In this document: positions 1-11,621 of the stretch, in pieces
Numbering within the stretch: the stretch's first letter is position 1
Layout: each line of letters starts with the position of its first letter
The notes under the pieces: generated by a model
The model's database searches: none
What the model was told of the DNA's origin: nothing
Seen by the model: only the letters and a program-made list of their open reading frames with translations
DNA from: Paraspadella gotoi
Taxonomy: Eukaryota > Animalia > Chaetognatha
Direction: 5' to 3'
DNA length: 64,000 bases
Assembly (NCBI GenBank): GCA_051294375.1
Contig: CM119265.1
Span: 5,072,999-5,136,998, forward strand
Program-made: the position numbers and the translations under genes

Positions 1-1547
1 TGAAACGGGAGGGAGATAAAATTTTGTTCCTAGAAGGAGACGAAACAGTGATAAAGATTGCGTCCGTGACTTTATTTTTAGCACCGTCCTTAAGCTGAGC
101 TATATTCCTAGCTCACTCAAGCAAAATAAGCTTAAAGCTAACACTCTCTCTCTCTCGCTCCCACTTTTTCTCTCTCCATNNNNNNNNNNNNNNNNNNNNN
201 NNNNNNNNNNNNNNNNNNNNNNNNNNNNNNNNNNNNNNNNNNNNNNNNNNNNNNNNNNNNNNNNNNNNNNNNNNNNNNNNNNNNNNNNNNNNNNNNNNNN
301 NNNNNNNNNNNNNNNNNNTCAAACATTTTTTTTGTTCCGTATCTTCATTCGTTTTTTTCCGCCCGAAGGAGCAAAACTCTCGATGCGGTCTCCTCTCTTT
401 TTCTACTAACGAATATCTTGTATTGGGTCTATACCTCTCTACAGTTCAATCACTCAGTATAACTCAGTATCCTAGTATCCACTCTTCAATCGTTCTCTTT
501 TTTCCCCCCAATCGTTATAGAAAGTTTCGCTCGCTGCTCATGACTACAATATCCGATATATTACGTACAATCCGACTAGTTCTATCTATTAAAATCAAGA
601 ACGCGAATTTAATAATTTCTTTGCCCTGACCGTACTCGCCGGATCTCAAAGGATTAACTGCTTCAAGTTTTTATTGAGAAAAAGTGAGATGGATACATGA
701 AAGTGGTGACGGTAGTGGTGGCCGTGGTGGTGGCTGCGACTGTTGCGGCGGCTTCGGCGGTGGCGGCGACGATGGCGGCAACGGTAGCGGCGCGGTTCGT
801 GGTTCGTGTTGAAAAATTGATCCGTCTCGAAACCGTTGGACCGAGAATATTGGGTCGACGTGACGCGACCCGAAAGTTGCGAGGGTGGACGAGGTTTTGA
901 CGAGGGCTGGGGTTCGGGGTGTCGTAGGGCTTGGGTCGGGTTGGGTCACGTCGGGCGAGGGCGTAAAAACTATGGTGAGTTAACGGGGCAAAGTTAGGCG
1001 GATATATGGAAATATATTTACGTAATGATCAGCGATTCGTTAAAGGAGCCGAGGAGGGGACAAGAAACTCTACAGATGAGACTGCAACGCATTTTCTCCT
1101 CATCAGTTGGCACTCGTTAATTGATCATGTCTCATTTTTGCGAGGACCAATATGGATCTCAAACTCTGCTTTAATACCTACTTTTTAAGTTTATGGCGTG
1201 AACTATCTTTTAAAAATATTATATCATAAGAAAATGGCTAACTGTAAGCTTCACTGGACGTTCCTTTAACTAAAAATTCCGGAAACGAAAAGATATGCAA
1301 ATGGTGATTCGTGCTAAAAGTTCCAAGGATTTTCGAAAGAGGGTGGAGGGGCAGTAACGCCTAAGATATGCTAACACAGAGTNNNNNNNNNNNNNNNNNN
1401 NNNNNNNNNNNNNNNNNNNNNNNNNNNNNNNNNNNNNNNNNNNNNNNNNNNNNNNNNNNNNNNNNNNNNNNNNNNNNNNNNNNNNNNNNNNNNNNNNNNN
1501 NNNNNNNNNNNNNNNNNNNNNNNNNNNNNNNNNNNNNNNNNNNNNNN

Positions 1548-1580
<33 letters not shown>

Positions 1581-1687
1581 AGCGGCCGATTAATCCGGCG
1601 CCCTTTCGACCTTCTGCTGACGCGCGATGGCGCCTTTCGTTTTTTTCAGTTTTGAGAAAATGTTTTCACATTTGGGTGCCGATATTT

Positions 1688-1802
1688 GTCATTTTCCAGC
1701 GCCAACTTACGTCACATTCTGGCGCCGACTAACGTAACTTTCCGGCGCTAACTTACGTCATTTTCCGGCGTCAACTTCTGTAACTTTCCGGCGCTGACTT
1801 CC
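1688..1802 (+). repeat. Five tandem 23-bp units (GTMAYTTTCCGGCGCYAACTTAC-like)
   Basis: Units start at 1688, 1711, 1734, 1757 and 1780. The inverted copy at ~15222-15297 has three units. Confidence 0.85.
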
Positions 1803-1912
1803 GTAACGGCGCCCGCCATCTTGTCGTCGCGTTTCCCTTCGATTCACACGCAAAACGCGTTTTTCCGCAAAACGTCGTTTTGACTTTTGTGCTTCTTTCG
1901 ACCGGAAACCCA

Positions 1913-2015
<103 letters not shown>

Positions 2016-2614
2016 GGCTGACGTCAAAGCGACGCCAAGGACGGCACATAATCGCAGTGGAGTTTACGGGTAAGGAGATGGTAAGTGATTAACAAATATA
2101 TTAGGATAAAAATAAATCTAATCAAAAGCTAAAAACTTCACTTTCTCTCACCATTTTTTGAAAAAACCACAGGAACACTTCAGCTCATAACCCAACATTC
2201 CAACACCCCCCCAGAAATGAGGGAGCGACAAATCCGTCAAGAAAAAAAATGGACGAAACTTCTCAGTCACTTCGTGATTTGATTCGTGAAGAAAAAGGAG
2301 GCCATTCGTGACGTGAAACGACGACGTCTCGAACGACGACGACAGCCTGTGTCACCCTGTGACGGTAATACGGTGAAAAGGTGAAGAGGTGACTCGGTGT
2401 CGCTTATTCCTTCTCCCCCTTCTTTCTTTATAAAAGGAAGAAACCTCTGGATTTTTGCTGAGAGAAAAGAAACAAAAGAGAATCCAAAGACAAAAGAAAA
2501 ACAAAAATTATGGTTTCGTTGTTTTGCGCTGAGGGGAAATAACAATGAGCAAAAAAGAAAGACTTCGAAAAAAAAAATAACTGAAAAAAAAAATGGGGAA
2601 AAAAAAGAAGAGAG

Positions 2615-5600
2615 ATTACAAAGCAGTTAAGTGCCCTCGGATGGAAACAATCATCTTTCTTCTTACAAGGAATTGGGCATTACTAAAAGCAATCTTCAAG
2701 CGATCACAGTTTCAGCAACAATTGGAAAGATCATTGAGACTTACTTTGAGCCGGCTTAAAATTGCCGAGAAACTAAATAATAAAAAGTGTAAAATCTAGG
2801 ATCCTTTTAAAGCCTGGCTCGCCTGTACAATTCTGATAAACTCAAACTTGAGTCAACGTCTCGATCTCAAGCTTCTCGCTGTTAGAAGACTGTTACCACA
2901 GTCCACCATTAGCATCTACGTTTCATGGGGAACGTTCAATGTGAGCTGCAACGAACTCTAGCATTCCCCGTGGCGCTAATCCTCAAGCTCAATCAAAGCT
3001 TACCACAATTATTCGACTCCAAGAGGCAAACTTCTACCTCAAAAAACCATAACATCCGCCTATCACTGAAACGGGATTATTAATCCAAAACCTTCAAGTT
3101 CCATGATGGAATCACGATCAAGAAGAATTCCATATCACAATCAGAAAAGCCAAATGAAATCGAAATCTAAATACCAAAATGGACCCAGATAACAGGTAAG
3201 CACTTTATTTGAATTGAATACTAAGGCACACCAAATGCAGACTAACGGAGTTAAATAAGCTAATTAAAACAACTCAACAGAATAAGTTACTCTTCACAAT
3301 TTTTAATGCATATTCTGCTAAAAAAGGGAAATCAATTAAAAATGGATGGGATTGAATTTTTAATCAATCCCTGGGCAAAGTCCGTATCGGTCCGCATCGC
3401 AGGGAGGCATTGCCATCTCGGTTTCCCAAGAAGGACTACTGCTTAAAAAAACTATGCAAAAATCAATGGCAAGAAAGGTTACATAAGTCACTGTTCAATT
3501 GAATAAAAACAAAAAGTTAAAAATAGGGACTATCTATCTTTCATCCAAAAGCAAGATGCAGACAAGCTCATAAAACGTTTTTTCTCAGAATGATGGTGCA
3601 AACAAAAGTGTTTTATGTGGTGATTCAATGCGCCAATTATTGAATGGGGAAAGTAGAAAACAAACTCAACTGAAGGTGAGCACTTTACAAGGCCTTATGC
3701 AATCAATATGAATTAACCCCGCGTTCACAGTTATAAATGATACTTTACTATGATAAATCAAGGGAAAAATCTTTAATCTGCTAGGACTTTATGTTGGATA
3801 AATCTAGTCAAATTAATCTCATTAGAGCCACACAAATCCCTGGAAGATATCGGAAGATGACCATCTAGCCCAGCGGCTATTAGATCTGTGAACAATACAA
3901 CACTCCTCATGGAAAAAGAAAACAAACAAAAATAAGTTAACTGGCAAGCTTTCGTCAGCAATCTCAGGAGGATTTGGTATTATAATACATAAACAAGTGA
4001 AAAACATTGTGAAGACAGAAATAGGACAAGATGGGTCGAAAAAAACTCACTCAAGCCATACAAAGGTCAACTTACTCAAGCAACAAGGCATTGACAAAGG
4101 CAAAGAACAAATTGGGGTACACCCTTACTTGTGACACTCAGAAGATGTTAATTACAAAAAGAAGAAAAATTCTGAATACATTGAAAAACTCTAAAAAGAC
4201 AATGGTATCTTGACCGAAAACTGCATAAGCAATATAACTTTTTATGTAGGCAAAGTTCGATAAAAAAAAAAATGAAAGACAAGGAGAACGAATTCAAAGA
4301 AGAAATTAAATTAGCTGTGTAACACAAAAGATGGTGCAAAGAAATGGAGAGCGCTAATAAGGGAATTAACAAACTATAAATCTGAATGCAGAAACACCAT
4401 CAGCCACATTGACGAGGCCAGAATGGAAGCGTAGCGCCATGCAGTAGAAGGAAAATTTAGAAGTCCAAGCTGAAAGAAATGGAAGAGAGCATATCTCTTC
4501 ACAAAGCAACAAATTTAAAGAAGGACAAGAGTGGATCTCAAAAATTGAAAAAGATCTGAAGGCAAACCAACATCTTCTCCGCCGGCAAAAACAATCAGGA
4601 GCAGAAGAAAACGGGGATGATTACTTTCAACTTATTCTTAAATACATGCGAGCCCAACACTCTGAAATGTTCAATCCACTAAATTGAAAAAATCGCCAGC
4701 CAACCCATGGAGATGATGCATAACCATGAAATGATAAAAACATGCTCCAGAAAAGTGGGATTAAAAAACCTGGTGAGATATACCAGGAATTGTTAAGCGA
4801 TGGCTTACTTTCCTAAAAGGCATGGGAAAGTGGCAAAAATTAAAAAATGCTCACTAAAGCCTGATAAAAAATCCCTCAATGGCAAAAAGCAATGACCTGA
4901 TGCTTCCTCTTGTCAATGTCTAGGAAAACTCTTTGAGAGAATAAACAGCCCTTTTTAGCTGGTTCAGCAAAGAAGAACAAAGTTGCTATTAACATTGAAC
5001 CAGTCTGGCTACCAGAAAGGAAGAAGGAACTAGGCAAAACTTAATCAAGGCTTGTGGAGGATTGCTACACGGGCTTCAAGAGACAACAGGGTACAATTCT
5101 TTAGCTCACTCCTATGACTAATGAAGGAGCATTTTAATGCCGTTTTGGCATGAAAGGACCTTGGTGGAAAAATGATTGAAAAAAATCTATCCCATCAAAA
5201 TTATCGAATAATCTCCTCCTTTTGACAGACAGATTTTTATTCAATAAAAGAAGGGAGACAAAATCAAGAACATGTCAAACTCTGTAGAGGCTGCGCCTCA
5301 GGTGCAATACTCAGTCCTGAACCATATTTGCCATTTATTTGTTTGCTAGATTTAACCGTTAGGAAGCTCGCAAGACAATGCATGCCTCACAATATGCTGA
5401 GTGATGTTGATTGGCTACCTGGACACACAAGTCGACCATATATCAGTTGCCAGCTCAGAACGAACACAAAAAGTTTTGAATGCTAATGGGTAGCATCCGG
5501 TGCTAGCATGTGCGCCAGCATGGGGGCTCTCTGCCCCAACAAAATCCTTTGCAATGCATAATCAACTAGATGTCCCTCCTGGAAAGAAAAAATGCAGTAA

Positions 5601-6530
5601 CTTGACCTTAAACTGGCAATAAAATTCCACACAGTCCAAGAACTCATCTTAGGTAGTTACCATTGATGACAGACTAACTGTGGTAAACCATTCAATAAAA
5701 CTATTAACAAAGAGGCCAACAAAATATATTCCGCGATTAACACGCTTGCAATGATTTGCCAAGGAGTGACTTTTCAGAAGTCCTGCGCCTATTTTGATGG
5801 GCCTTATAGTGTTAACCTAGCATACTCTGCTCCAGCACACCTATGCCATGAGTGGAGTTCAATTGGCAAAAGATAGATGCACATGTCATGAAGGCTGTAA
5901 AAAAGTTTCTTCAAAATTCACTCAACAAACAGGATAAGCGTGGCTGTTACTAGACGCCACATTGGCCGACATAAGCTCTTTCAGAAACCATCTTAAAAAA
6001 AGAGCCACAAAACCGAAGTTCATCACATTGTCAAACACACAGAAGTTTCTCGGGGATTACAGTCGGCAAAATAAGGGAAAAGAGGACCCACATCAATCAT
6101 CCAATCAATCTACGGCACCACAAATCCTCAGACGATGACAATGTTCCAGTCACTAAAGTGTCTCATGTGTTATTTAATAAATGAATCATCTATTTGCGTA
6201 GCTCGTAGGTTTATAAGGCGAACAATTACCCTTTTTTTTTTGTAATTGAGTAGCTAAAACTTATGATTAATGCGACCTTTAGCAGAATAATTGATTGGTA
6301 GACTTTTATAACTGTAAAACCTTTTAATGAAATTTAAAAATGACGGAACCCACTTGTTTTACCTTTAGGTCCTTCTTGCAGAATGGTACCTAGGTCCATG
6401 ACATATTATCTATATCTATCCTACTATCCTCTATCACTTTCTTCACTGTCGCTTGTGCTAATTTTGGCAAAGTGCTTCATGGCGCCTGTTTGAGTTTAAA
6501 ACAATCCGTCCAATCACTAAGTAAATAATT
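2615..6530 (+). mobile_element. Second copy of the same LINE, lacking the 5' ~1.3 kb (starts in the ORF1 C-terminus)
   Basis: Collinear with 8062-11985 along its whole length. Differences are mostly single-base indels. The zinc-knuckle region is absent. Confidence 0.88.
2890..6156 (+). CDS. LINE ORF2 APE-RT (frameshifted), first copy
   Basis: GTFNV (~2928), ETGL (3068-3079), GGIAI (~3403), CGDFNA-like (~3616), LDFML (~3781), SDHLP-like (~3855), LGKLFERI (~4920), PQGAILSP (~5296), QYADD-like (~5390). Confidence 0.82.
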
Positions 6531-6622
6531 TTTTATTTNNNNNNNNNNNNNNNNNNNNNNNNNTAAATTAATTCCAGAGACGCGTGATCGCGGGAAATGA
6601 GGGCTTAAACCATCTCTCTCTC

Positions 6623-6681
<59 letters not shown>

Positions 6682-6879
6682 ATAATAAAAACTTAAATCA
6701 ACTGTTCGAATCTCTCTCCTTTAATGAACATTACCAACAAAAAAAGAAAAAAAACGAATCAAAAATCACTAGTCAAATCATAAACAAAAATCTGGATTAC
6801 TGAGGTGGCACTCACCTTCATCGTGAGTCCAGCGACCAGTCCAGAATTGCCAGTCAAAAACAAATCAAGCTCAGCAACG

Positions 6880-8250
6880 TAACATATCAACAAGGCTTTG
6901 TAGGCTGACCGAATATATGAACAGCAAAATAAAACTGCTGGAGCATGATATTGAAGAATTAATAAATTAACCTTGATGAAGAATCTCGAACCTTGGCTAA
7001 TAAACAAACTGTTGCAAAATGTGAAAAGCGATAGTAAGCAGTCAAGCAAAGACTGTGAAACCAACACGCCGGCCGGAAAATTCTTTCTTGAAAAAGCGAC
7101 TTCGGAAACGGAAGCTCGACGATCTTATGGAGATTCCCAGCCAACGAAGTAAAAGCCGAGGCCAAACCCAAAACAAGGAAAAAGAAAAAGATGCTGGATG
7201 AGAGACGAACTCGGATAACCCTAGAAGCGTCAAGCAGTTCAACTGGCTCCACACCTCTGGAATCTTGAGGTTCTTTCTAGTCGGAAAAAGCTGCCAGAGG
7301 TAATCAGCAGTCGTACAAGGGCAAATCTCAAACTATAGATGCAGATAAAGAGTACTTAAAGAGAGGCGCAGACTTGCTTCTTCTCTGGAAAAGACGGACG
7401 CAGCTTTAAAACTCGTTTCCTAAACAAGAAAAATGGGGACACTAGTAGTACAAGTTTAACTCCCCGTCTTCCGTCTACAAAATCAATACCACAAGTGGTC
7501 GTTATACGAGGAGGTTTGACAAAGACATTGACAGACGACATTTGTAGAGATAGCTGCGGGAACAAGGCTTACTCGCCCCGGCCCAACAGCACGTCTTCAT
7601 ACGGCAGTTAACGGAAACTAACCAACAGTGAATGTAAAGGTCACCTTGTATTCAAAAAAACAGAAAAGACAAACTTTTAAGCTGAAGGAGCACCTGTGTT
7701 TTACTACAAAACGCCACAAATGTGTCGACTATAAGCCCAGGGGGTGTGTATTCAGTGTTACGCCTGTCAAGCCTTTGTCCACATGACAGGCAACTTGCAA
7801 AAAAGAAACTGCGTGGTCCAATGCGATGTGGAGAGCCCATAACCACAAAGAATGCAATAAAACAAATTCTGAAAGTAAATGCTGGCAAAATTTGCGGCAT
7901 AACCATGCTATCCACTTCAAAAATGCCCCGTTTTTATATATCTGCTTATAGATTGCCCAAGAAAGAAACAAAATGCGAAGCAGATGGAAAAACATCCAAA
8001 AGCAGTATTCAGATGCATGAAAGGGCTGACAAACAAGGGAAATGCTTTGAGCAGGACATAACTACAAGCAAGTAAAGTGCCCTGATGGAAACAATCAACT
8101 TTCTTCTTACAAGGAATTGGGCATTTACTAAAGAGCAATCTCAAAGCGATCACGAGTATTCAGCAAACAATTGGGAAGATCATTGAGACTCTTTGAGCGG
8201 CTAAAAATATCCGAGAAACTAAATAATAAAAAGTGTAAAATCTTAGGATC
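6880..8250 (+). CDS. LINE ORF1, gag-like nucleic-acid-binding protein with three CCHC zinc knuckles (frameshifted in this sequence)
   Basis: 7753-7930 reads QCYACQAF.HM..NC ... RCGE.HNHKEC ... C..C..NHA....KCP when single-base indels are bridged. This is the canonical triple knuckle of Jockey/I-group ORF1. VVIRG lies upstream. Start codon not resolved. Confidence 0.75.
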
Positions 8251-8339
8251 CTTTAAAAGCCTGCCTCGCCTGTACCAATTCTGATAAACTCAAACTTGAG
8301 TACGTCTCGATCTCAAGCTTCTCCTGTTACGAAGACTGT

Positions 8340-11300
8340 TACCAAGTTCCACCATTAAGCAATCTACGTTCATGGGGAAGTTCAATGTGAGCTGCAACGA
8401 ACTCCTAGCATCCCGTGGGCATCCTCAAGCTCATATCAAGCTTACCACAATATTCGACTCCAAGAGGCAAACTTCTACCTCCAAAAACCATAACATCCGC
8501 TATCACTGAAACGGGATTATAATGCCAAAACCTTCAAGTTCCATGATGGAATCACGATCAAGAAGAATCCATATCAACAATCAGAAAAGCCAAATGAAAT
8601 CGAAATCTAAATACCAAATATGGACCAGTAACAGTAAGCACTATTATTTGAATTGAATACTAAGGCACACGCAAATGCAGACTAACGGAGTTAAATAAGC
8701 ATAATTAAAACAACTCACAGAATAAGTTACTCTTCCACAATTTTTAATGATATTCGTGCTAAAAAAGGGAAATCAATTAAAAATGGCATGGGAATGAATT
8801 TTTAATCCAATTCCCTGGGCAAAGTCCGTAATGCGGTCCGCATCGCAGGAGGCATTGCCATCCCGGTTTCCCAAGAAGGACTACTGGTTAAAAAAACTCA
8901 TGCAAAAATCAATGGCAAGAAAGCGTTACATAGTCACTGTTCAATTGAATAAAAAACAAAAAGGTTAAAAATAGGGCACTATCTAATCTTTCATCCAAAA
9001 AAGCAAGATGCAGAAAGCTTCATAAAACGTTTTTTCTCAGAATGATCGGGTGCAAACAATAAGTGTTTTTATGTGCGTGATTCAATGCGCCAATTATTGA
9101 ATGGGGAAGTCAGAAACAAACTCAAACTGAAGTAGAGCACTTACAAGGCCTTATGCAATCAATATGAATTAACCCCGCGTTCAACAGTTTAAATGATACT
9201 TACTAGATAAATCAAGGGAAAAAATCTTTAATCTGCATGGACTCTTATGTTGGTAAAATCTAGTCAAATTAATCTCATTAGAGCCACACAAATTCCTGGA
9301 AGATATCGGAAGATGACCATCTAGCCCAGCGGCTATTAGATCTGAAAATACAACACTCCTCAATGGAAAAGAAAACAAACAAAAATAAGTTAACTGGCAA
9401 GCTTTCGGTCAGCAAATGCTTCAGAGGATTTGGTATTATAATACATCAACAAGTGAAAAACATTGGTGAAGACGAAATAGGACAAGATGGTCGAAAAAAC
9501 CTCACTCAAGCCATACAAAGGTCCAACTACTCAAGCAAACAAGCATTGACAAAGGCAAAAGAAACAAATTGGGGTACACCCTTAATCTGTGACACTCAGA
9601 AGATGTAATTAAAAAAGAAGAAAATTCGAATACATTGAAACAACTCTAAAAAGACAATGGTATCCTTGACCGAAAACTGCATAAGCAATATAACTTTTTA
9701 CTGTAGGCAAAGTCGTAAAAAAATAAAAAATGAAGACAAGGAGAACGAATTCAAAGAAGAAAATTAAATTTAGCTGTTGAACACAAAAGATTGGTGCAAA
9801 GAAATGGAGGCTAATAAGGGAATTAAACAAACTATAAATCTGAATCAGAAACACCATCAGCCCATTGAGAGGCCAGATGGAAGCGTAAGCGCACATGCAG
9901 TTAGAAGGAAAAATTTAGAAGTTCGCAAGCTGAAAGAATGGAAAGAGAGGCATATCTCTTCACAAGCCAACAAATTTAAAGAGGACAAAGAGTGGTCTCA
10001 AAAAATTGAAAAAAGGATCTGAAGGCAAACCAACATTTCTCCGCCGGCAAAAACATCAGGAGCAGAAGAAACGGGAGATGATTACTTTCACACATTATTC
10101 TTAAATACAATGCGAGCCCAACACTCTGAAATGTTCAATACACTAAATTGAAAAAATCGCCAGCACCAGGAGATTGATGGCATAACCATGAAATGATAAA
10201 ACATGCTCCAGAAAAGTGGATTAAAAAACCTGGTGAGATATACCAGGCAATGTTTAACCGATGGCTTACTTTCCTAAAGGCATGGAAAGTGGCCAAAAAT
10301 TAAAAATGCTCACTAAAGCCTGATAAAAATCCCTCAATGGAAAAAAGCTAATGACCTGTATCTCCTCTTGTCAATGATCTAGGAAAACTCTTTGAGAGAA
10401 TAAACAGCCCTTTTTAGCTGGTTCAGCAAAGAAGAACAAGTCTATTAACATTGAACAGTCTGGCTACCAGAAAGGAGAAGGAACTAGGCAAAACTTAATC
10501 AAGGCTTGTGGAGGATTGCTACCAACGGGCTTAAGAGACAACAGGTACAATATTTTACTCACTCCTTGACTAAATGAAGGAGCATTTAATGCCGTTTTGG
10601 CATGAAGGACCTTGTCGGAAAAATGATTGAAAAAAATCTATCCCATCAAAATTATCGAATAATCTCCTCACTTTTTGACAGACAGATTTTTATTCATAAA
10701 GAAGGGAAGAAAAATCAAGAACATGTCAAACTCTGTTAAGAGGCTGGCGCCTACAGGTGCAATACTACAGTCCTGAACCATATTTGCCATTAATTTGTTG
10801 GCTGATTTAACCGTTTAAGGAAGCTCGCGGAATGACAATGCATGCCTCACAATATGCTGGATGAGTTGTATTGGGCTACCATGGACACACAAGTCGCGAC
10901 CATCTATCAGTTGCCAGCACAGACCACGAACACAAAAAGTTTTGAATGCTAATGGGTAGCATCGGTGGCGAGCATGCTGCGCGCATGCGGGGCCCTGCCC
11001 CAAACAAAATCCTTTGCAATGCATAATCACCTAGATGTCCCTCCTGAAAGAACAAAAATGCAGTAACTTGACCTTCAACTGGCAATAAAATTAACCAACA
11101 GTCCAAGAACTCAGTCTTAGGAGTGTACCATTGATGACAGACTATACTGTGCGTAAACCATTCAATAAAACTATTAACAAGAGGCCAACAAAATATATTC
11201 CCGCGAATTACACAGCTGCAATGACTTTGCCAAGGATGACTTTTCAGAAGTCCTGCGCCTATTTGATGTGCCTATAGTTCTAACCTAGCATACTTGCTCC

Positions 11301-11621
11301 AAGCAACCTATGCCATGAAGTGTGAGTTCATTGGCAAAAGATAGTATGCACATGTTCATGAAGCTCGTAAAAAAGTTTCTCTCAAAATTCTCAACAACAG
11401 GAAAGCGTCGGCTGTTACTAGGACGCCACTTGGCCGAATAAGCTTTTCAGAAACCATTCTTAAAAAAAGAGCCACAAAACCGAATTATCAACATTTGTCC
11501 AAACACACAGAAGTTTTCGGGCGGATTACAGTCGCAAAATAAGCGGAAAGAGACCACATCATCATCCATACAATCCTCGGCACCACAAATCCTCAGACGA
11601 TGACAATGTTCCAGTCACTAA
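8340..11621 (+). CDS. LINE ORF2, APE endonuclease plus reverse transcriptase (frameshifted in this sequence)
   Basis: APE: FNV (~8380), AITETGL (~8500-8519), GGIAI (~8848), GDFNA-like (~9078), SDHLP-like (~9310). RT: PGIDGI (~10167), YFPKAWKVAKI (~10266), RPISLL..LGKLFERI (~10355-10400), EQSGYQKG (~10453), AFNAVWHEGL (~10582), PQGAILSP (~10750), QYADD (~10850), LG.TIDDRL (~11118). All need indel bridging. Confidence 0.85.
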
